A DNA stretch of 64,000 nt, from assembly GCA_964519405.1 (NCBI GenBank), contig CAZFLA010000001.1, forward strand, positions 29,956 through 93,955. The letters are read 5' to 3'. The DNA comes from an uncultured bacterium. Lineage in GTDB: Bacteria; Armatimonadota; HRBIN16. Shown one piece after another: positions 58,058-64,000 of the stretch. Position 1 is the first letter of the stretch, and each line of letters begins with the position of its first letter. The notes beneath the pieces are model-generated. The model saw only the letters and a list, made by a program, of their open reading frames with translations, had not been told where the DNA came from and made no database searches. The position numbers and the translations under genes are program-made.

Positions 58058-59983
58058 ATGGATTCATGGATGATACAGATATCGTGTGATGGCAAGCTGA
58101 TGCTGACCCACTCAAACGGAACGAAACTGTCGGGGTTGCTTCCGAGTGTGATTATTGACGGCTGTGTATACCAGCCAGACGACAAGTGGACATATGATAT
58201 TCAGAACCAAAGTGTGATGTATACACTTGATGGTATGGTCAAGATAAAAGTCGATGTGAATACTGCTGACGGTAATTGGGTGGAGCTGAATACATCGCTG
58301 TGTAACCTCAGCAATCGGGATCTGAAGATCGACGCTGTTACTGTGACTTCTGGCTCAATTGAGGCGAATGTCCGGTGGATATTACAAAACAACATCGATA
58401 TGTGCGGTGAATGTGCGTTGGTGCCGATCCGTGAACATAATACCAGCAACTCTGTGATGGGATTTACAGATGCTGAAGGTGACCATGCCGTAGTTGCTGG
58501 CTTCACCAACCTGGGTGATGCATTCTGTGATGTCGCTTCGCAAGGATGTGACGGCAAGCTGGTAGATATTAAGGCGACAGTGAACCGAGAGGGTGTGGAA
58601 CTGCCGTCTGACGGCACGCTGCAGGCAGGCACTTTGCGAATTGGAGCGGCCCAGTCGCTGCGATCGCTGATGGCGGAGTATGCCGTGTATGTCGGTCAGG
58701 AAATGGGCGCGAGGGTGCCTAAAAACATCATGACTGGCTGGTGTAGTTGGTATTACTACTGCGGTTCGGAGAACGAAGAAGAGATCCTCGCAAATGCCAA
58801 ACTGCTGAGTGAAGCACCCTTTGCTGATGATCTGCAGGTTGTACAGATTGATGATGGCTGGACGTATCCCTCTGCCGAGATCGGCAGAAACTGGGGCGAC
58901 TGGTATGCAGGCTATAAGTTCCCAAATGGAATGAAGCATACGGTTGATTCGCTGAAGGCGTTAGGGTTGAAAGCCGGATTATGGTTAGCTCCGTTCAGCG
59001 TGATGACGACAAGCAATTTTTATAAAGAACACCCTGAGCTGCTGGTGCAATGCCCTGATAAAGACGAACCCATACTTCAATGGGGTTGCTGCGGACTAGA
59101 CCTAACTCATCCGCAGGCGCTGGAACACCTACGGCAAACATTCATCCGGGTGTTCGATGTGTGGGGTTTCGATTACATCAAAATCGACTTCTTACTGCAT
59201 GGCATCATGCCAGGACGACGACATGATCCCACGCAAACCACTGCCCAAGCATTTCGAAATGCCATGAAGATCATCCGCGAGGTTGCTGCAGAGCGGTTCA
59301 TCTTGAATTGCGGCAGCCCGATGGGGCCATCGATAGGTTATGTAGATGCCATGCGCATTGGCTATGATGTGTCGAGCAGATGGTTCCTGCCGATGAACCT
59401 AGAGAGCTGGCCGAACGGCAACTGCGCTATAAAGCCGGCTGCTGTCGCGACCACATGGCGGCACTGGATGCACAACGCATGGTGGCAAAATGATCCAGAC
59501 TGCGTGGTGGTGCGTGCTCATGGCGCTCCAGGTGAAATCGCCTCGTGGACCAAAGAAGGCGTATTTGTTTCTGATCCGCCGTATGGGCTGAATTACGAGG
59601 AAGCTGCTGGATGGCTGAGGCTCGTGTGGTTTTCTGGCGGTTTAGTAATGCTAAGTGAAAATCTTGCTGATATGGAGCAGGACAGATATCAACTACTGGA
59701 TAAACTCTTCCCACTAAACAACCGCCCAACTGGTTGGGTGGATTACTATCCGTGCTTGGATGTGGCTGTTTTCAAAACGCTGGATGACGCCTCCCTCATG
59801 GTGGGGATATTCAATGTAGGCGACTTGCCAGTGCAGCTTAACGTACCTGCCGATAAACTAGGGTTACAGGGTGCTTGGAGCTTTAAGGAATGGCTGACAG
59901 GTGAAGTGATATCCGGCAGCGGAGATCAAGTTGAGTTCCCAGAGCTTCCGGCACATGGCGGTCGTATCTGGATAATGCAATAG
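58058..59983 (+). CDS. GH36/GH27-clan alpha-galactosidase-like enzyme
   Basis: VVQIDDGWTYP...GDWYAGYKFPNGMK...GLWLAPFSV...WGFDYIKIDF motifs of melibiase-type enzymes. Confidence 0.7.
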   Translation: MDSWMIQISCDGKLMLTHSNGTKLSGLLPSVIIDGCVYQPDDKWTYDIQNQSVMYTLDGMVKIKVDVNTADGNWVELNTSLCNLSNRDLKIDAVTVTSGSIEANVRWILQNNIDMCGECALVPIREHNTSNSVMGFTDAEGDHAVVAGFTNLGDAFCDVASQGCDGKLVDIKATVNREGVELPSDGTLQAGTLRIGAAQSLRSLMAEYAVYVGQEMGARVPKNIMTGWCSWYYYCGSENEEEILANAKLLSEAPFADDLQVVQIDDGWTYPSAEIGRNWGDWYAGYKFPNGMKHTVDSLKALGLKAGLWLAPFSVMTTSNFYKEHPELLVQCPDKDEPILQWGCCGLDLTHPQALEHLRQTFIRVFDVWGFDYIKIDFLLHGIMPGRRHDPTQTTAQAFRNAMKIIREVAAERFILNCGSPMGPSIGYVDAMRIGYDVSSRWFLPMNLESWPNGNCAIKPAAVATTWRHWMHNAWWQNDPDCVVVRAHGAPGEIASWTKEGVFVSDPPYGLNYEEAAGWLRLVWFSGGLVMLSENLADMEQDRYQLLDKLFPLNNRPTGWVDYYPCLDVAVFKTLDDASLMVGIFNVGDLPVQLNVPADKLGLQGAWSFKEWLTGEVISGSGDQVEFPELPAHGGRIWIMQ

Positions 59984-60009
59984 CGAGTGATACCAATACA
60001 GGGTTAATT

Positions 60010-62625
60010 ATGGAAAAACACACATATCATGTTATTTCGCACACCCATTGGGATAGGGAGTGGTACCTAACATATCAGCAGTTTCGGCTGCGTCTGGTTG
60101 ACTTAGTCGACCATCTGCTGCAGATACTCGATACGGATCCCAATTTCCGGTTCTTTAACTTTGATGGTCAAACCATTGTGTTGGAGGACTATCTAGCCAT
60201 TCGCCCTCAGAACGAAAAGAAGCTGAGGGATTACATTAAGCAGGGACGAATACTAGTCGGCCCTTGGTATCAACTTAATGACGAAAACTTGGTTAGTGGG
60301 GAATCCACGGTGCGCAGCTTGCTGATTGGGCATCGGATCGCTCAGGACTTCGGTGGGGTCATGAAAGTGGGATATCTGCCGGATCAGTTCGGCAATATCT
60401 CACAAATGCCTCAGATCTTCCGTGGGTTTGGCATCGACAATGCTATCTTCGGTCGCGGCAGGCAGTTGACAGAGCCGGGTGATAAGATGGAGGCGATATG
60501 GGTTGCCCCTGATGGCTCTGAGGTTCTCAGCTCACTCATGGCTTTTTGGTATAACAACGCTCAGCGGCTTCCCAATGCCACTGGCGACGCGATCGCATAT
60601 ATCGAAAACTTGGGACGAGTGATGTCACCTGTGGCTGCCACACCCCATCTGCTGCTGATGAACGGTGTGGACCACCTTGAGGTTCAGCCGGATTTAGGTG
60701 ACATTATCTCACGAATCTCATCGCGTATCCCCAGCGGTGAGATAGTCCACACCACCATGCCAGCCTATATAGAAGCCGCGAAGAGCTATGTGGCCGCAAA
60801 TAATGTGGAACTGCAGAGAGTCGAGGGTGAGCTGCGTCAAGACCGTCATGGCAGTGTGTTGGCGGGCACGCTTTCTACCCGTATGTACATCAAACAGGCA
60901 AATAATCAATCGGAGACATGGCTTGAGCGCTACGCCGAACCCTTAAGCTCTTTTGCCGCATGTGTCGGAGGTGAATACCATCACGATGCTCTACGGTATG
61001 CCTGGAAGCTGCTGATGCAGAACCATCCGCATGATTCGATATGCGGCTGTAGTATCGATCAGGTGCATGAGGAGATGATGCCTCGGTTTGCACAAGTCGA
61101 TCAGATTGCTGACGAGTTGTCGCAGCGAAGCATGAAGTGCATCTCGAACAAGATACACACAGAAACTGAAAGTTTGGTTGTCTTTAATACATTGGCCTGG
61201 ACGCGTACAGACAAAATAACAGCCACTATTGAGTTTGTGCTGAGCGAGCCAACCCGCGGTATCCCTGAAGTGGATAAGCAGCGCGATATCGCTGCGTTTA
61301 ATTTGTATGACGAGAATGGCCAACATGTGCCGTTCAAAGTCACCAAAAACCATGTCATCGCGAAGCAGATTATCGATCCGTTTGAACTGCCAATGGCTGT
61401 GATGGTTCGAAGTGTTGAGCTGGAGTTCATTGCCGTCGATGTGCCGTCTTGTGGATACAAGAGCTACGAAATCCATCCGGCTGCCATGTGGCCCATATAT
61501 GAAAAATCGGACATGGCGCTCAACAGTTTACGATGTTCCATCACCAACGGACTCATATCTATCGGTGTTGCTGATGGCGGCTTGACGGTATCTGGTGAAG
61601 ATTTCTATCTGGAAGGGCTTGGCGTGATTGAGGACTGCGGGGAAGTAGGTGACGAATACAACCATGTTAGCCCGCTGAACGATCATACGATTATGGATTG
61701 GGCTGATACCCAGATATCGATCATCGACAATAGTCCGGTATCCATGAGTCTCGTTCGCGAAAATGTGCATAAGCTGCCTAAGGAGTCAAACTCTCATAAC
61801 CGCTCCAGCGAAACAGTTGACTGCGCTGTCAAGACTGTCTACACATTAGCGGCGGGCGCCAAGCGAGTCGATGTGAAGACCACCATCGATAACAAAGCAA
61901 AAGATCACCGATTGCGAGCGGTGTTTACTTCAGACAGCAACAGTGATGTCGCCTGCGCAGAGATGCCTTATGACGTAGTGGCACGGCCTACTCGTGTGCC
62001 CGCAGATTGGATTGGTGCATCGAACTTTTTCCCGCAGCGTCATTGGGTGGATGTTAGTGATGGCGAACAGGGCTTAACCATCATCAACAAGGGGCTGCCT
62101 GAATATGAGGTGTATGGTCATGATTGTAAGGCCATCGCCTTAACGCTGCTGCGATGTGTTGGTAAATTGAGTGGTACAGGTGATACGCCGACGGCGATCC
62201 CAACTCCTGGAGCACAATGTATCGGCACGCACAGCTTCGAGTATGCTGTCTATCCTCACAATGGAACATGGCAGCAGGATCTGGTGTGGCAGCAAGCCCA
62301 TCAGCATAATGTGCCGCTAACGTGTATACAGACATCCGCCCACGAGGGAAACTTACCAGCCAGTATGAGCTTCGTATCGGTTGATAACCCTGGACTTGTC
62401 GTGACCGCTATCAAACAAGCTGAAGACAGCAACGCGACGATCGTGCGAATGTACTGCATTCTGGACGAACCGGTGTGCGATGCCAAAGTCACTCTGCGAG
62501 GCGCGAAAAGTGCATCTCTAGTGAACCTCAATGAAGATGTCATAAGCGCGCTTGATGTCGACACTGATGGCAGTGTGGTGATATCGGCAACTGCTAAACA
62601 AATCGTTAGTATCGCGTTTATGTAG
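60010..62625 (+). CDS. GH38 alpha-mannosidase (mannosylglycerate-hydrolase-like)
   Basis: N-terminus HVISHTHWDREW...GPWYQLNDENL plus GH38 central and C-terminal domains. 871 aa. Confidence 0.88.
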   Translation: MEKHTYHVISHTHWDREWYLTYQQFRLRLVDLVDHLLQILDTDPNFRFFNFDGQTIVLEDYLAIRPQNEKKLRDYIKQGRILVGPWYQLNDENLVSGESTVRSLLIGHRIAQDFGGVMKVGYLPDQFGNISQMPQIFRGFGIDNAIFGRGRQLTEPGDKMEAIWVAPDGSEVLSSLMAFWYNNAQRLPNATGDAIAYIENLGRVMSPVAATPHLLLMNGVDHLEVQPDLGDIISRISSRIPSGEIVHTTMPAYIEAAKSYVAANNVELQRVEGELRQDRHGSVLAGTLSTRMYIKQANNQSETWLERYAEPLSSFAACVGGEYHHDALRYAWKLLMQNHPHDSICGCSIDQVHEEMMPRFAQVDQIADELSQRSMKCISNKIHTETESLVVFNTLAWTRTDKITATIEFVLSEPTRGIPEVDKQRDIAAFNLYDENGQHVPFKVTKNHVIAKQIIDPFELPMAVMVRSVELEFIAVDVPSCGYKSYEIHPAAMWPIYEKSDMALNSLRCSITNGLISIGVADGGLTVSGEDFYLEGLGVIEDCGEVGDEYNHVSPLNDHTIMDWADTQISIIDNSPVSMSLVRENVHKLPKESNSHNRSSETVDCAVKTVYTLAAGAKRVDVKTTIDNKAKDHRLRAVFTSDSNSDVACAEMPYDVVARPTRVPADWIGASNFFPQRHWVDVSDGEQGLTIINKGLPEYEVYGHDCKAIALTLLRCVGKLSGTGDTPTAIPTPGAQCIGTHSFEYAVYPHNGTWQQDLVWQQAHQHNVPLTCIQTSAHEGNLPASMSFVSVDNPGLVVTAIKQAEDSNATIVRMYCILDEPVCDAKVTLRGAKSASLVNLNEDVISALDVDTDGSVVISATAKQIVSIAFM

Positions 62626-62653
62626 TTTACTGGTTTGCCTAAGCGTAAAATAT

Positions 62654-62683
62654 AGAGGGTGCCCAACAGATCGGGTACCCTCT
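62654..62683 (+). terminator. Hairpin after the GH38 gene (weak terminator)
   Basis: AGAGGGTGCCC-loop-GGGTACCCTCT with one G-U pair. No strong T-tract. Confidence 0.35.
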
Positions 62684-62718
62684 AATTGATGTTAGCGCGA
62701 AGGATGGAACCATTTCCA

Positions 62719-63714
62719 ATGAGTATAGATATTTCTAACAACCCACAGGGCAGGCTGCGCCGCTTAAGACGCAACGAAAACCTGCGCCGCATGGTCCGTG
62801 AGACCCACATGAGCGTAGACGACCTTGTCTACCCGATATTCGTCGTCTCAGGACAAGACCAGAAACAGCCCATAGATGCGATGCCTGGTCAGTATCGATG
62901 GAGCGTGGACCGATTACCGGAACTGCTTTCTGAAATCGCAATAGCAGGTATACCCGCGGTGCTGCTATTCGGTATCCCCAACCATAAGGATGCCGAAGCG
63001 AAGGGCAGTTACGACCCTAAAGGTCCTGTACCTCAGGCGATTAGGTGCATTCAACAGTGGCATCCCGACCTCGTGGTCATTACGGATGTGTGTGTCTGCG
63101 CATATACCGACCATGGACACTGCGGAATATTAGCTGGTGACCAAATCGATAATGATAGGTCGATTGGTTTATTGGCTGAGATGGCGCTGTGTCACGCCCG
63201 GGCTGGCGCTGATGTGGTCGCACCCAGTGCCATGATGGATGGGCAAGTAGGGGCCATCCGACAACGGCTTGATGAGAACGGGTTTACGAACGTAAGCGTG
63301 ATGGCATATGCGGCGAAGTTCGCAAGCGCATATTATGGCCCGTTCCGTGAAGCTGCTCACTCTGCGCCGTCGTTTGGCGACCGACGCAGTTATCAGATGG
63401 ACCCTGCGAACGCCCGCGAGGCGGAGCTGGAGCTGCGGCAGGATGAGGCTGAAGGCGCAGACTGGCTGATGGTCAAACCAGGGCTTGCCTATCTAGATTT
63501 AGTTGCCATAGCACGAAAAATTTCTAGCCGTCCGGTTGTTGTATACAACGTGAGCGGCGAATATTCCATGGTTAAGGCTGCTGCAGAGCGAGGATGGATA
63601 GACGAACGCAAAGTGGTGATGGAGACCATGTTATCGTTCAAGCGCGCAGGCGCTGATGTGATCATCACCTATCATGCCATCGATATTGCTCAGTGGCTAA
63701 GAGGTGATTCGTAA
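62719..63714 (+). CDS. hemB: Porphobilinogen synthase (delta-aminolevulinate dehydratase). Start uncertain; alternatives at 62686 or 62704.
   Basis: LRRLRRNENLRRMVRETHMSVDDLVYPIFV N-terminal region, active-site lysine region, C-terminal VITYHA. Confidence 0.85.
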   Translation: MSIDISNNPQGRLRRLRRNENLRRMVRETHMSVDDLVYPIFVVSGQDQKQPIDAMPGQYRWSVDRLPELLSEIAIAGIPAVLLFGIPNHKDAEAKGSYDPKGPVPQAIRCIQQWHPDLVVITDVCVCAYTDHGHCGILAGDQIDNDRSIGLLAEMALCHARAGADVVAPSAMMDGQVGAIRQRLDENGFTNVSVMAYAAKFASAYYGPFREAAHSAPSFGDRRSYQMDPANAREAELELRQDEAEGADWLMVKPGLAYLDLVAIARKISSRPVVVYNVSGEYSMVKAAAERGWIDERKVVMETMLSFKRAGADVIITYHAIDIAQWLRGDS

Positions 63715-64000
63715 TGCGGCCGCACCATGGTCCGTTCGACCCAACCGATCGCCCGATGATGCTCTACTGGGAGCTGACGCGCGCATGCGAGCTCTCGTGC
63801 AGGCACTGCCGAGCCGAAGCGCAAAAGGAGCGTCATCCAGATGAGCTGACCACGGAAGAGGGTCTGCAGCTCATCGAGCAGATCAGTCAGTTCGGTGATC
63901 CGCTGCCGCATGTGGTCATCACTGGCGGCGACCCATTGAAGCGCCCTGACCTCTGGCTGTTTATCGACAAGCTTGTTGAGAAGGGCATTAGCACGGCGAT
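63714..64000 (+). CDS. Radical SAM protein (partial, 5' part only), possibly AhbD/NirJ-like heme-biosynthesis maturase
   Basis: CELSCRHC (CxxxCxxC) near the N-terminus. TAATG overlap with the hemB stop. The ORF runs off the window. Confidence 0.55.
   Translation, partial: MRPHHGPFDPTDRPMMLYWELTRACELSCRHCRAEAQKERHPDELTTEEGLQLIEQISQFGDPLPHVVITGGDPLKRPDLWLFIDKLVEKGISTA

Noticed and set aside
58382-58939. 185-aa minus-strand ORF
   Set aside because: It is antisense inside the GH36-like alpha-galactosidase gene, with no motifs.
60991-61476. 161-aa and 119-aa minus-strand ORFs
   Set aside because: They are antisense inside the GH38 gene.
1-64000. Search for CRISPR arrays, tRNA or rRNA genes, IS elements or integrases
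   Set aside because: No regularly spaced direct repeats, no cloverleaf-like conserved tRNA features (such as GTTC-loop motifs in the intergenics), and no transposase or integrase-like ORFs were recognisable.

Overview
This is a gene-dense ~64 kb bacterial chromosomal segment of about 50% GC. No rRNA, tRNA, CRISPR array or transposase was recognised. Several genes have strong Shine-Dalgarno sites. The left third is housekeeping: surE, a TrpB2-type tryptophan synthase beta, ruvB, ruvA, hisG, and a cdaA-cdaR operon extended by a GT4 glycosyltransferase and a YhcH-like gene. It also carries a fused ABC exporter with an unusual N-terminal domain, a solo AAA_21/ABC-type ATPase of the kind found in abortive-infection systems, a large membrane protein of unknown family, folK, and a URO-D-family protein. 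The centre holds a compact, lower-GC module of two tandem DUF488 paralogs plus an unknown 207-aa protein, flanked by panD and a GNAT gene. The right half is a CAZyme-rich polysaccharide or glycoprotein utilisation locus. It encodes GH28, two GH36-like alpha-galactosidases, a GH43-like beta-propeller enzyme, GH127 and a secreted GH127/146-like paralog, a GH3 with PA14, GH38, and a dockerin-bearing papain-like protease. It also encodes two AraC regulators and several large unknown proteins. Embedded in that locus is a tightly coupled three-gene operon of entirely uncharacterised proteins with a repeat-rich upstream region. argJ, hemB and a radical-SAM gene lie at the far right. The most promising novel candidates are the DUF488-DUF488-unknown cassette and the three-gene unknown operon (52.7-55.6 kb). 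All calls rest on motif recognition by eye; coordinates can be off by about 1 nt.
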